Shown in pieces: positions 40,933 through 50,988 of a stretch of DNA of 64,000 nucleotides (position 1 is the first letter of the stretch; every line of letters begins with the position of its first letter). The position numbers were made by a program, and so were the translations under genes. Location: positions 36,856-100,855 of the forward strand of contig JBKJIW010000014.1 of the NCBI GenBank assembly GCA_046598255.1, written 5' to 3'. The DNA comes from Aeromicrobium sp. GTDB lineage: Bacteria > Actinomycetota > Actinomycetes > Propionibacteriales > Nocardioidaceae. The notes beneath the pieces were generated by a model, which was given only the letters and a program-made list of their open reading frames with translations, was not told the DNA's origin and searched no databases.

Positions 40933-42324
40933 TCAGTCTACGGGTCGCAGCGTGCGAGGAGTCGCATCCAGACACCACATCGCCTCGCCGATCGTGTGGA
41001 CGGCCTGGATGGTCATCTGCCCCGAGAACGAGTCGAGCCCCTCGGACCCGGCCGGCACGACCGCACGCCGGAACCCGATGCGCTCCGCCTCGCGCAGCCG
41101 GGCCGCGAGGTTGCTGACCTTGCGGACCTCGCCGGCCAGGCCGACCTCGCCGATGGCGACCAGGTCAGAGGGCGCGACGCTCTCCGTCACCGCCGACAGG
41201 GTGGCGATCGCGACGGCGAGATCGACCGACGGCTCGGTCAGGCGCGCTCCGCCGACCGAGGCCGTGTAGACGTCGAGCTGGCCGAAGTTGATCTGGCAGT
41301 GCTTGCTCAGGACGGCGAGGATCATCGCCACGCGCGAGGAGTCGAGCCCGCTCGAGGTACGCCGCGGCGACGGGGTCGAAGAGGCCACGCTCAGCGCCTG
41401 GACCTCGGCGAGCAGGGGGCGGCGGCCCTCCATCGTGACGGTGACGCAGGTGCCGGACACCGGCTGCGCGTGGCGCGAGACGAACAGACCGGTGGGATCG
41501 GGCACCTCGACGATGCCGTCGTCGACGAGGTCGAAGCAGCCGATCTCGTCGACGGGCCCGAACCGGTTCTTGACCGCACGCAGGAGCCGCAGCCGGGAGC
41601 TGCGGTCGCCCTCGAACTGCAGCACGACGTCGACGAGGTGCTCGAGCACCCGCGGGCCGGCGACGGATCCGTCCTTGGTCACGTGACCGACGAGCAGGGT
41701 GGCGATGTTGTCGCGCTTGGCGCGCTGGATCAGCGCGGACGCCACCTCGCGCACCTGGGTCACGCCGCCGGGGACGCCCTCGATGTCGGCCGAGCCGATG
41801 GTCTGCACCGAGTCGATGATCAGCAGGCTGGGTGAGACGGTCTCGACGTGGGTGAGCACGCCGCCGAGATCGGTCTCGGCCGCGAGGTACAGCTCGTCGT
41901 GCACGGCGCCCGTGCGTTCGGCCCGCAGGCGCACCTGGGCAGCGGACTCCTCGCCCGAGACGTACAGCGTCCGGCGACCGGCACGGGCCCAGCGCGCGGC
42001 GACCTCCAGCAGCAATGTCGACTTGCCGACCCCGGGCTCGCCGGCCAGCAGCAGGACGCCGCCGGGCACGACGCCACCGCCGAGGACGCGGTCGAGCTCG
42101 CCGATGCCGGACCCGACCGAACGGGCCGACTCGATCTGGACCTGGCTGATCGGCACCGCGGGGGACGCGACCGGCGCAGCCTGGGTGCGGCCGGTGCGGG
42201 CCGGCGCAGCGACGTCGACCGTGCCCCACGCCTGGCACTCGCCGCACCGCCCGACCCACTTGCTGGTCGACCAGCCGCACTCAGCGCAGAGATATGCCGG
42301 ACGGGTGGTCTTGGTGCTGGCCAT
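40933..42324 (-). CDS. radA: DNA repair protein RadA/Sms
   Basis: C4 zinc finger, GEPGVGKS and KNRFG motifs. Confidence 0.97.
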   Translation of the reverse strand: MASTKTTRPAYLCAECGWSTSKWVGRCGECQAWGTVDVAAPARTGRTQAAPVASPAVPISQVQIESARSVGSGIGELDRVLGGGVVPGGVLLLAGEPGVGKSTLLLEVAARWARAGRRTLYVSGEESAAQVRLRAERTGAVHDELYLAAETDLGGVLTHVETVSPSLLIIDSVQTIGSADIEGVPGGVTQVREVASALIQRAKRDNIATLLVGHVTKDGSVAGPRVLEHLVDVVLQFEGDRSSRLRLLRAVKNRFGPVDEIGCFDLVDDGIVEVPDPTGLFVSRHAQPVSGTCVTVTMEGRRPLLAEVQALSVASSTPSPRRTSSGLDSSRVAMILAVLSKHCQINFGQLDVYTASVGGARLTEPSVDLAVAIATLSAVTESVAPSDLVAIGEVGLAGEVRKVSNLAARLREAERIGFRRAVVPAGSEGLDSFSGQMTIQAVHTIGEAMWCLDATPRTLRPVD

Positions 42325-42359
42325 GCGGTCAGCCTAGGTGAGGGGGCCGACAGACCGGG

Positions 42360-43151
42360 TCAGGCGAGAAGGAAGGGCAGGATCCGTGGTGCGACGAGGT
42401 CCGCTGCGACGTCGTGACCTGCTCCCACGAGGTGCTCGAGGAGACCGTCCTGCAGTCCCTCGACGATCCTCTGCGCCACCTGGATCATGAATCCATGATC
42501 GGCGCCGCCGACGACCACGAGGGCCGGGACCTCGAGCCGGGCGAGCAGCTCGACAGGCAACAGTCCGCCGTATCGGTCGCCCATCGCCGCCGAGTCGTAT
42601 GCCAGCGTCGACGAGACGGCCTCCATCGCGGGCCAGTGCGGTGCCGACCGCGAGGCCTCGACCACAGGGGCGGGCATCCCGACCTTCGTGAGGAACGCGG
42701 CCAGCGCATCGCCGGCGCGTCCCTCGGTCAGCATCGCGTGCAGGTCGGCGTGCCACTGCTGACCGCGCTCCTCGCCGCCCGGCAGGTTGTACGGGGCGTC
42801 GTGCAGTACCACTCGGGTGATCCCGATGTCGGCCGCGGCCGCGCGCAGGGCGACGGCCGCCCCGGACGAGTGGCCGTACACCGCTGCGTGCCCGCCCACC
42901 GCGGCGATGACCGCCGCCACGTCCTCGACCTCGCGCGCCGGGTCGAACGGGGGCGCGCCGCCCCTGTCGTCACTGTCGCCCCGGCCGCGGCGGTCGACGT
43001 TCACGGCGTACAGGTGCTCGGACAAGGCCTCGGCCAAGGAACGAGTGACACCGCGGGTGCACATCGCGCCCGCCAGGAGGACGACTGGTGGACCAGATCC
43101 GAGACAGTCGAAGGCGATGGTCGTGCCGTCGGCTGACGTCGTGGTCTGCAT
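42360..43151 (-). CDS. Alpha/beta hydrolase
   Basis: DRRGRGDS, GHSSG nucleophile elbow and GAGH. Confidence 0.88.
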   Translation of the reverse strand: MQTTTSADGTTIAFDCLGSGPPVVLLAGAMCTRGVTRSLAEALSEHLYAVNVDRRGRGDSDDRGGAPPFDPAREVEDVAAVIAAVGGHAAVYGHSSGAAVALRAAAADIGITRVVLHDAPYNLPGGEERGQQWHADLHAMLTEGRAGDALAAFLTKVGMPAPVVEASRSAPHWPAMEAVSSTLAYDSAAMGDRYGGLLPVELLARLEVPALVVVGGADHGFMIQVAQRIVEGLQDGLLEHLVGAGHDVAADLVAPRILPFLLA

Positions 43152-43235
43152 GCGGGGATGCTAGTGCGAACGTCCGGTGGCGGGAACTCGGCGTCCGATG
43201 AACGGATTTCGAGAGAGCCCGTCTAAACTCTCGGC

Positions 43236-43892
43236 ATGACCTCCGCCGCCGTGGCCATCCGCTACCCAGCGCCGCCGGTCCTCAAATCGGCCGACATCGC
43301 CGCCAAGACCGGCCTGCTCCTGCTGGTGATGCTGGCACTGGTGGTCCCCGGCTTCGGCAACCTGGACGGCAAGGGACTGCTCCCGCGGGCCGTGGCCTAC
43401 CCGGTCGCCGCCTTCGCCATCCCGTTCATCTGGTTCACGTGGTGGCGTCAGCGTGCCTCTTTCCCGTGGGCCGCCGACTTCCTCGTGACCTACGCCTGCT
43501 TCAGCGACATGTTCGGCAACTACCTCAACCTCTACGACTCGATGGAGTCGTTCGACAACCTGATGCACCTGGTCAACACGGGGCTGCTGACGGCAGCCGT
43601 CATCCTGCTGACGATGCACCGGTCCGCCGTGTTCGGCGCGATCATCGAGCGGTCGCTCGCGTTCGGGGTCAGTGCGGCTCTGGCGTGGGAGATCGCCGAG
43701 TACTTCGCCTTCCTGCGGTGGTCGCCCGAGCGCCTCGGCGCCTATGCCGACACGTTGAGCGACATGTCGCTCGGCGCGATCGGGTCGGTCATCGCCGGGT
43801 GCTGCGTGTACTCGCTGTGGCGCCGCGGCCACCTTAGCGAGGTGGCACCGCAGCTCGAGCTGTCGCACCAGTGGCAGTCAGGTCACCGCTGA
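43236..43892 (+). CDS. Membrane protein (DUF2238/VanZ-like motifs)
   Basis: Multiple TM helices; FDNLMH, WEIAEY and DTLSD motifs. Confidence 0.7.
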   Translation: MTSAAVAIRYPAPPVLKSADIAAKTGLLLLVMLALVVPGFGNLDGKGLLPRAVAYPVAAFAIPFIWFTWWRQRASFPWAADFLVTYACFSDMFGNYLNLYDSMESFDNLMHLVNTGLLTAAVILLTMHRSAVFGAIIERSLAFGVSAALAWEIAEYFAFLRWSPERLGAYADTLSDMSLGAIGSVIAGCCVYSLWRRGHLSEVAPQLELSHQWQSGHR

Positions 43893-43917
43893 CGCCGAGC
43901 CGGGCGAGCCGGCAGGT

Positions 43918-44556
43918 TCAGATGCGGACGTCGCCGGCGGGGGTGCGGAACGTCGCCGCCATGATGCCGGGCAGTCCGTGGGGTGCGGTCCAGTTCACGT
44001 CGATCTGCTCGAGGGCGTCGACGGCGGGCTCGCCGAGCCAGTCGGACAGCCGCTGGGGTGAGCCGGCGATGTCCAGGGCGACGAGCTCGATCTCGGACTC
44101 CGCCATCTGCGAGGGGTGCTCCGACGGGTCGATGTCCCAGCGCGTCACGTAGGGCAGCTGCGGGTCGGCGCGCATGCTGCTGGTGCCGATCTGGACCCAC
44201 TCGAGGTTGAAGCCGTCAGGACGACGACGGTTGCCGGCCACGGCGTGGCGACCCAGCCGGTGCTCGACGGCCGACATGTCGTCGACGGAGACGCACCAAG
44301 CCATCCAGCCGCCACCGGCGTCGGATCGCTCGCGCACGGCCTTGCCGAACGCAGCCTTGTCGGACGCGGGGTGGTCGAGCACCTCGACGACCTCGAGGTA
44401 CTGCCGGTTCTTGAGGGGCAGGACCATGTTGCGGGTGCCGAAGCGCGGGTGGGCGCCGCCGTCGATGAAGCTGGCGCCGAGCAGCCGACCGAGCTCGGCG
44501 GTGGTGCCGGCGAGACCGTCGGGTCCGACGGCGAACGAGACGTGATCGAGGTGCAT
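43918..44556 (-). CDS. VOC/glyoxalase-like protein
   Basis: LDHVSF, GGAHPRFGTRN and YLEVV motifs. Confidence 0.85.
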   Translation of the reverse strand: MHLDHVSFAVGPDGLAGTTAELGRLLGASFIDGGAHPRFGTRNMVLPLKNRQYLEVVEVLDHPASDKAAFGKAVRERSDAGGGWMAWCVSVDDMSAVEHRLGRHAVAGNRRRPDGFNLEWVQIGTSSMRADPQLPYVTRWDIDPSEHPSQMAESEIELVALDIAGSPQRLSDWLGEPAVDALEQIDVNWTAPHGLPGIMAATFRTPAGDVRI

Positions 44557-44598
44557 ATTGCATTCTGACCCAGCAGCGATCCGCTCAGCGTCAGGGGG

Positions 44599-45342
44599 TC
44601 AGCGGGCGGGGTCGGCGCGGTGTGGTGTATTGGCCCCTCGTGCCTCGTGGTCCCTGCAATGGCGGACCAGCTCGGCGTAGCCGGCGTCGCCCATCAGCTC
44701 CGTCAGCTCGTCGCGGTTCGTCACGTAGACCGGCTCGGGCGCCACGTGCGCCTCGGTGTTGGAGGAGCAGTACCAGTCGAGGTCGGCGCCGCCCGGCCCC
44801 CAGCCGGCCCGGGTGTACTCCCCGATCTGGGTCTCGGTGTACGTCGTGCCGTCACCGCGGTCGACGTCTCGGAACTGGCGGCGCAGGGGTAGCTGCCAGC
44901 AGACGTCGGGCTTGACCGTGTGCGGCTTGAGGTCGTTGTCGAGCGCGAACCCGTGCAGGGCGCAGCCGTAGCCGCCGGCGAAGTCTCGCGAGTTGTGGAA
45001 GATGCAGGCGCCCTGGAAGGCCCGGGTCTTGAGCTCGCCGTCCTCATCGGTCTCGGTCCATCCGCCGCGGTGCCCCTCGTCGTGGTGCTCCCACTGGGTG
45101 GGGCTCAGCTGGACCATGACCGCGCGGGTGCGCTCGGCGTCCTCGTCATCGGCGAAGTGCGCGCCGAGCGTGCAGCAACCGGCATCGGGACTGGTCTCGT
45201 AGATGCCGGGGCACCCCTGACCGAAGATGCAGGTCCAGCGGGAGGTCAGCCACGTCAGGTCGCAGCGGAAGACCTCGTCGGCGTCGGCCGGATTCGTGAA
45301 CTCCACGTGGGTGCGGGGGAATCCGAGCTCGACCTCTGGCAT
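44599..45342 (-). CDS. Conserved Cys-rich protein (Rv0495c-like, probably metal-binding)
   Basis: CIFGQGC, GCC, CIF, GCALH and KPDVCWQLP; divergent from ppx. Confidence 0.75.
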   Translation of the reverse strand: MPEVELGFPRTHVEFTNPADADEVFRCDLTWLTSRWTCIFGQGCPGIYETSPDAGCCTLGAHFADDEDAERTRAVMVQLSPTQWEHHDEGHRGGWTETDEDGELKTRAFQGACIFHNSRDFAGGYGCALHGFALDNDLKPHTVKPDVCWQLPLRRQFRDVDRGDGTTYTETQIGEYTRAGWGPGGADLDWYCSSNTEAHVAPEPVYVTNRDELTELMGDAGYAELVRHCRDHEARGANTPHRADPAR

Positions 45343-45407
45343 TTCCCCCACTTTACGCGGCCGGGCCTCGTGCGCCCTGTGCATGGCGAGGTGTCAGACT
45401 GACCCTC

Positions 45408-46319
45408 ATGCGCATGGGCGTCCTGGACATCGGCTCGAACACCGGGCATCTGCTCGTCGTCGACGCCTTCCGGGGTGGGCCGCCCGTCGCGGCGCACTCG
45501 TACAAGGAGCCGTTGCGACTGGCCGAGCACCTCGACCGTCACCACGCCGTGACCGCCGAAGGCGTGGCCCGTCTGGTCAAGTACGTCGTCGAGGCCCGGT
45601 CGGAAGCCGAGGACAAGGGCTGCACCACGATCCTCGCCTTCGCGACGTCGGCGGTGCGCGACGCGGTCAACGTCGACGACGTGATCGCGACGGTCAACCA
45701 GGCCAGCGGGCTCGACCTGCAGGTCCTCGCGGGACCGGACGAGGCACGACTGACGTTCCTGGCCGTGCGCCGGTGGTTCGGCTGGTCGGCCGGGCGCCTG
45801 GGCGTCTTCGACATCGGCGGAGGGTCGCTCGAGATCGCGGCCGGCGCCGACGAGAACCCGGACATCGCGCACTCGATGGCGCTCGGCGCGGGACGGCTCA
45901 CGCGCGAGTGGCTGGACGCCGGCAAGACCAACGCCGAGCTCCGTCTCCACGTGCGGTCCACGATCGCCGAGGAGGCCGGCGCCATCCTGCGCGGCGGGTC
46001 CTTCGACCGGGCGGTCGCCACCAGCAAGACATTCCGTTCGTTGGCACGCATCTGCGGGTCGGCGCCGTCGTCCGAAGGTCAGTACGTCCGGCGGGTCCTG
46101 CGCAAGCGCGACCTCGCGGTGCTGGTCGACGAGCTGCAGACGATGAGCCCCGAGGCGGTCAGCAAGCTTCCGGGGGTCTCGCCCGACCGGGCCCACCAGA
46201 TCCAGGCCGGCGCCATCGTGGCGGCCGCGACCATGGACCTGTTCGACCTGAACGAGCTGGAGATCTGCCCATGGGCGCTGCGCGAGGGTGTCCTCCTGGA
46301 GCACCTCGACGGCCTCTGA
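45408..46319 (+). CDS. ppx: Ppx/GppA exopolyphosphatase
   Basis: DIGSNT, ATSAVRDA, DIGGGSLE and ALREG motifs. Confidence 0.92.
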   Translation: MRMGVLDIGSNTGHLLVVDAFRGGPPVAAHSYKEPLRLAEHLDRHHAVTAEGVARLVKYVVEARSEAEDKGCTTILAFATSAVRDAVNVDDVIATVNQASGLDLQVLAGPDEARLTFLAVRRWFGWSAGRLGVFDIGGGSLEIAAGADENPDIAHSMALGAGRLTREWLDAGKTNAELRLHVRSTIAEEAGAILRGGSFDRAVATSKTFRSLARICGSAPSSEGQYVRRVLRKRDLAVLVDELQTMSPEAVSKLPGVSPDRAHQIQAGAIVAAATMDLFDLNELEICPWALREGVLLEHLDGL

Positions 46320-46358
46320 CGCACCTCGGTCCACCCGTCCCGTCCTACAGTGGTGTCC

Positions 46359-47144
46359 GTGTCCGATTCCATCCGCGTCTCCCTGTCGACGTCCTCGGTG
46401 TATCCGGGATCGACGGCTAGCGGCTTCGAGGCCGCGGCCCGGCTCGGCTACGACGGTGTCGAGGTCATGGTGGGCATCGACGACGTCAGCGCCGACATCA
46501 CCGCGATCAAGGCGCTGAGCGCGTTCCACCAGATGCCGGTCGTCTCGATCCATGCGCCGTGCCTGCTCGTGACGCAGCGCGTCTGGGGATCCGACCCCTG
46601 GGAGAAGCTGCACCGCAGCGCCGAGATGGCGCACGAGGTGGGAGCGTCGGTCGTCGTCGTGCATCCGCCGTTCCGGTGGCAGCGCGACTACGCGCGGACG
46701 TTCGTGGACGGCATCGCCGATCTCGAGGCGCAGCACGGCATCACGTACGCGGTCGAGAACATGTACCCGTGGCGCACCGGCAAGCGCGAGTTCCAGGCGT
46801 ACGCCCCGGGATGGGACCCGAACGAGCAGGACTACGCCCACGTGACGCTCGACCTGTCCCACAGCTCGACGGCGGGCGGCGATCCCGTGGCGATGGCACG
46901 GGAGGCGGGCGGCCGGCTCGCGCACGTGCACATCGCCGACGGCTCCGGATCGGCCAAGGACGAGCACCTGGTGCCCGGTCGCGGCACCCAGCCGTGCCGC
47001 GAGTTCCTCGAGGTCGTCGCGGCCTCGGGCTTCACGGGCGAGATCGTCGTGGAGATCAACACCCGCAAGGCCAAGGACCAGGCCGAGCGGGAGGCCGACC
47101 TCGTCGAGGCGCTCGAGTTCACGCGCCGCCACATCGCCGTCTGA
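46359..47144 (+). CDS. Sugar-phosphate isomerase/epimerase (TIM barrel)
   Basis: GYDGVE, HPPF, VENMYPW, DLSH and DEHLVPG motifs. Confidence 0.85.
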   Translation: MSDSIRVSLSTSSVYPGSTASGFEAAARLGYDGVEVMVGIDDVSADITAIKALSAFHQMPVVSIHAPCLLVTQRVWGSDPWEKLHRSAEMAHEVGASVVVVHPPFRWQRDYARTFVDGIADLEAQHGITYAVENMYPWRTGKREFQAYAPGWDPNEQDYAHVTLDLSHSSTAGGDPVAMAREAGGRLAHVHIADGSGSAKDEHLVPGRGTQPCREFLEVVAASGFTGEIVVEINTRKAKDQAEREADLVEALEFTRRHIAV

Positions 47145-47161
47145 GACGCCAGCCTTCCCGG

Positions 47162-47308
47162 ACGATCACGGTCGACCAGCTGCTGACGTTCGCCGTGGCG
47201 GCGTTCATCCTCATCGCCATCTCGGGGCCCAGCGTCGTGTTCGTCATCGGCCGGGCTCCTGCCTACGGCCGCGGCGTCGGCCTGGCTGTCACGGGCCACC
47301 GCCGCTGA
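47162..47308 (+). pseudogene. Truncated LysE/RhtB transporter remnant
   Basis: TITVDQLLTFAVAAFILIAISGPSVVFVIGRAPAYGRGVGLA resembles a LysE N-terminus (PGP motif reads SGP). ACG sits where a start codon is expected, and the match stops at the 3' end of the convergent gene. Confidence 0.7.
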
Positions 47309-48272
47309 CCCGTCCCGCCTCGGAGGCAGGGGGTGTCAGGCGGCCGGCCAGGACGGCGCCCGTGATGATCTGCATCTGGTGGAAGAGCATCAGGGGCAGG
47401 ACGATCAGTGCCACGTCACCGCTCGCGAACAGCACCGAGGCGATCGGCAGGCCGCTGGCCAGCGACTTGTTGGACCCGCAGAACAGCATCGCGACGCGGT
47501 CGGGCCGGGAGAACCGCAGCAACCGGCCGATCAGCACCGTCCATCCCATCCCGAGCGCCAGCAGCAGCGCGCACACGACGGCGACGGCGACCACTGACCA
47601 CACGCTCAGCTCGGACCAGATGTGTGCCTCGGCCCCTTCGCTGAAGGCCACGAGGACGACCAGCAGGATGCTCCCGCGATCGAACAGCTTGAGCCGGGAG
47701 TCGTGCCGCGCGACGAACCGTCCGATCACGGGGCGCAGCGCCTGGCCGAGGACGAACGGCACGAACAGCTGCAGGACGATCCGGATGATCGACCCGGCAT
47801 CGATCCGGGCGTCCGACGCCATCAGCAGGGCGACCAGCGCCGGTGTCAGGAACACCCCGAGCAGATTGGACATCGACGCGCTGACCACCGCCCCGGCGAC
47901 GTTGCCACCGGCGATCCGGGTGTAGACGATGCACGACTGGACGGTCGACGGGACCAGGCAGAGCAGGAGCACCCCGCTCGCGAGCGCGGGTCGCAGCACG
48001 GTGCCGTCGAGCACCTTCGCGGCGGCCAGCCCGAGCAGCGGGAAGACGATGAAGGTCGTGGACAGGATGACCAGGTGGAGCCGCCAGCTCGTGAGCCCGC
48101 TGATGGTCTCCGCGGTCGACAGGCGTGCGCCGTAGAGGAGGAACAGCAGGCCGATCGCGATGATGGACGCCTGCTTCAGGACGTCCAGCGCATCGCCGGT
48201 GACGGGGACGAACGACGCGAGCAGGGCCGTCGCCACGAGTGCCACGATGAAGGGATCGGGACGCAGGCGCAC
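47289..48272 (-). CDS. Bile acid:sodium symporter family (SBF-like) transporter
   Basis: LFLLYGARLS, PSTVQS, SNKSLASG and PLMLFHQMQ motifs. Confidence 0.9.
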   Translation of the reverse strand: MRLRPDPFIVALVATALLASFVPVTGDALDVLKQASIIAIGLLFLLYGARLSTAETISGLTSWRLHLVILSTTFIVFPLLGLAAAKVLDGTVLRPALASGVLLLCLVPSTVQSCIVYTRIAGGNVAGAVVSASMSNLLGVFLTPALVALLMASDARIDAGSIIRIVLQLFVPFVLGQALRPVIGRFVARHDSRLKLFDRGSILLVVLVAFSEGAEAHIWSELSVWSVVAVAVVCALLLALGMGWTVLIGRLLRFSRPDRVAMLFCGSNKSLASGLPIASVLFASGDVALIVLPLMLFHQMQIITGAVLAGRLTPPASEAGRVSGGGP

Positions 48273-48294
48273 ACCCCGACACTAGTCTGGGCGC
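48273..48294. promoter_or_regulatory. Symmetric bidirectional leaderless promoter
   Basis: Overlapping -10 hexamers TAGTCT (+) and TAGTGT (-) around ACTAGT, each 6 nt from a start codon. Confidence 0.65.
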
Positions 48295-49107
48295 ATGACC
48301 CCACGGATCGCGATCCTCGGCGCCGGAGTGATGGGCGAGACCCTCCTCTCGGCGATCCTCTCGTCGGGGCACCCCGTCAGCCACCTGGTGATCAGCGAGA
48401 AGCGCGACGAACGGGCGGCCGAGCTGCGGCAGGCGTACGACGTCGAGGTGACCGGCGGAGGCAACGCCGAGGCGGTCGCCGACGCCGACGTGATCCTCCT
48501 CGTGGTCAAGCCCCAGGACGTCCCGGCGGTCCTGCAGGAGATCGCGGGCTCCGTGCGCACCTCGGCAACGGTGGTGTCCCTGGCCGCGGGCATCCGCATC
48601 AGCACGATCACCGATGCCCTGCCTGCCGGTGTGGCCGTCGTGCGCGCGATGCCGAACACCCCGGCGCTCGTGGGGGAGGGGATGTTCGGGATCTCCGCCG
48701 GCCCGGCGGTCTCCGACGACCAGCTGACCTCGGTGGTTGCGCTGCTCGAGTCGGGCGGGCGGGTCGTCGTGGTCGACGAGAGCCAGCAGGACGCCGTCAC
48801 GGCGGTCTCCGGCTCGGGCCCGGCCTACGTGTTCTACCTCGCCGAGGCGATGATCGCCGGTGGCGTCGTAGCCGGTCTCGACGCCGACACGGCTCGCACG
48901 CTGGCCGCCCAGACGCTGGTCGGCGCCGCCAAGCTGCTCTCGGAGTCCGACGACACGGCCGAGGAGCTGCGGCGCCGGGTAACCTCTCCGAACGGGACGA
49001 CCCACGCGGCCATCACGACGTTCGACGACCACGGGGTCAAGGACGGGCTGATCGCCGGCGTGGCGGCCGCAGCAGCCCGGTCCGCCGAGCTCTCGGGCCC
49101 GGCATAG
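48295..49107 (+). CDS. proC: Pyrroline-5-carboxylate reductase
   Basis: GAGVMG, VKPQ, RAMPNTP, SGSGPAY and VTSPNGTT motifs. Confidence 0.96.
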   Translation: MTPRIAILGAGVMGETLLSAILSSGHPVSHLVISEKRDERAAELRQAYDVEVTGGGNAEAVADADVILLVVKPQDVPAVLQEIAGSVRTSATVVSLAAGIRISTITDALPAGVAVVRAMPNTPALVGEGMFGISAGPAVSDDQLTSVVALLESGGRVVVVDESQQDAVTAVSGSGPAYVFYLAEAMIAGGVVAGLDADTARTLAAQTLVGAAKLLSESDDTAEELRRRVTSPNGTTHAAITTFDDHGVKDGLIAGVAAAAARSAELSGPA

Positions 49108-49117
49108 GCTGGACCGT

Positions 49118-50338
49118 ATGACCGAGGCCACAGGCGAGCACCGCGGGAGCGGTCGCGACGCTGTCCCGGATCGCGCCTGCATCGTCTTCGACGAGTCCCT
49201 GACGCAGTACAACTTCGGGCCGTCCCACCCCATGGCCCCGGTGCGCATCGAGCTGACGATGCAGCTCGCCGACGAGCTGGGCATCACCGACGGCCTCGAG
49301 ATGGTCGGGGCGAAGCCGGCCACCGACGACGACCTCAACCTGATCCACTCCGCCAGCTACATCGAGCGGGTGCGCAAGCTCAGCGACCACCCGACGTACA
49401 CGGACCTGTCGGTCGGCCTGGGCGGTGACGACAACCCGGTGTTCGCCCACATGCACGAGGCCAGCGCCCTGATCGCCGGCGCAAGCGTCGAGGCGGCGCG
49501 GCGTGTGTGGACGGGCCAGGCCCCCCGCGCCATCAACATCAGCGGCGGTCTCCACCACGCGATGCCGGCCACGGCGAGTGGCTTCTGCATCTACAACGAC
49601 ATCGCCCTGGCGATCCGGTGGCTGCTCGACAACGGCGCCCAGAAGATCGTCTACGTCGACGTCGACGCGCACCACGGTGACGGCGTTCAGCGGATGTTCT
49701 GGGACGATCCGCGCGTCCTCACGATCTCGATCCACGAGGGACCGCAGACCCTCTTCCCGGGAACGGGCTTCTCGACCGAGACCGGGGGCGAGGGCGCCGA
49801 GGGGTCGGCCGTCAACATCCCCCTTCCGCCCGGCACCTCCGATGCGGGCTGGCTGCGAGCCTTCCATGCCGTCGTCCCGGCCCTGGTGCGCGAGTTCGCG
49901 CCCGACATCCTGGTGACCCAGCAGGGCTGCGACTCCCACATGGACGATCCGCTGACCAACCTGATGCTGAGCGTCGACGGGCAGAGGGCGTCCTACCTGG
50001 CGCTCAGGGCGCTCGCGGACGAGGTCTGCGGGGGCAAGTGGGTCGCGACGGGCGGCGGCGGCTACGCCGTCATGGACGTCGTGCCGCGGGCCTGGGCGCA
50101 CCTCATGGCAATCGTCGCGGGCAGTCCGCTCGACCCGATGGCGGAGACGCCGGAGCGGTGGCGGGCGCACATTGCCGAGCTGCGCGGCATGCCCGGTCCC
50201 CAGCGCATGACCGACGGGCGGGCGGTCGGCTACCGCTCGTGGGAGCAGGGCTACGACCCGGCGAGCTGGCTCGATCGTTCGATCCACGCGACTCGCGAGG
50301 CGGTCTTCCCGTTGAACGGGCTCGATCCCCTGCCATGA
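49118..50338 (+). CDS. acuC: Acetoin utilization AcuC / histone-deacetylase family protein
   Basis: GGLHHA, GFCIYND, DAHHGDG and GGGGY motifs. Confidence 0.92.
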   Translation: MTEATGEHRGSGRDAVPDRACIVFDESLTQYNFGPSHPMAPVRIELTMQLADELGITDGLEMVGAKPATDDDLNLIHSASYIERVRKLSDHPTYTDLSVGLGGDDNPVFAHMHEASALIAGASVEAARRVWTGQAPRAINISGGLHHAMPATASGFCIYNDIALAIRWLLDNGAQKIVYVDVDAHHGDGVQRMFWDDPRVLTISIHEGPQTLFPGTGFSTETGGEGAEGSAVNIPLPPGTSDAGWLRAFHAVVPALVREFAPDILVTQQGCDSHMDDPLTNLMLSVDGQRASYLALRALADEVCGGKWVATGGGGYAVMDVVPRAWAHLMAIVAGSPLDPMAETPERWRAHIAELRGMPGPQRMTDGRAVGYRSWEQGYDPASWLDRSIHATREAVFPLNGLDPLP

Positions 50339-50491
50339 CGGGGAAGTCGGCCGAACGACCGACCTCGACGTGATTTTGCGCAACTACTGTCCCCCGGGCC
50401 TCGGGAGGCACTAGTCTCGACCAAGGCACGCGCGCAGTCTCTGGTGGGGAAGCCAGAGAGCGCGCGTGCCCCTCAGGAAGCAGGTGGTGAC

Positions 50492-50677
50492 ATGGCATCC
50501 GGACCGACATTCTTGACCGTCGCCGAAGTGGCAGGTCAGATGCGCGTCTCGAAGATGACGGTCTACCGTCTCGTCCACTCGGGCGAGCTCGAGGCTGTCC
50601 GTGTCGGCCGGTCGTTCCGTGTCCCCGAGCACGCCGTCATCGAGTTCCTGGGCAAGTCCTACTTCCAGGCCGGCTGA
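50492..50677 (+). CDS. Small excisionase-family HTH DNA-binding protein (Rv0500A-like)
   Basis: FLTVAEVA..MRVSKMTVYRLVHSGEL.AVRVGRSFRV. Confidence 0.9.
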   Translation: MASGPTFLTVAEVAGQMRVSKMTVYRLVHSGELEAVRVGRSFRVPEHAVIEFLGKSYFQAG

Positions 50678-50871
50678 CCCGGCACGACCGCCGCACTGCC
50701 CGCTCCGGGCGGGTGGTCTCCGTCGTGCCCGGCCTCGACCCACGTGTAGGCTGAGGGACAGCCATCTCCGACGGCAGAGGCCTTTTCAGCGTCTCGCCGG
50801 ACGTCGTGGCCACCATTGTCTGCAGTACATCAGCCGCGCGTGCGCGGCCAACAAGAATTGAGTCGTGACCC

Positions 50872-50973
50872 GTGGGTTCAGTCATCAAGAAGCGCCGCAA
50901 GCGGATGTCGAAGAAGAAGCACCGCAAGATGCTCAAGCGCACCCGAGTGCAGCGTCGCCGTCTGGGCAAGTAA
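50872..50973 (+). CDS. 30S ribosomal protein bS22 (33 aa; absent from the ORF track)
   Basis: [33 protein letters not shown]. Confidence 0.93.
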   Translation: MGSVIKKRRKRMSKKKHRKMLKRTRVQRRRLGK

Positions 50974-50988
50974 GCCCACCCCACACTC

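Noticed and set aside
50492-50677. Excisionase suggesting a prophage or ICE
   Set aside because: This is the conserved chromosomal HTH gene beside bS22; no integrase or att-linked tRNA is nearby.
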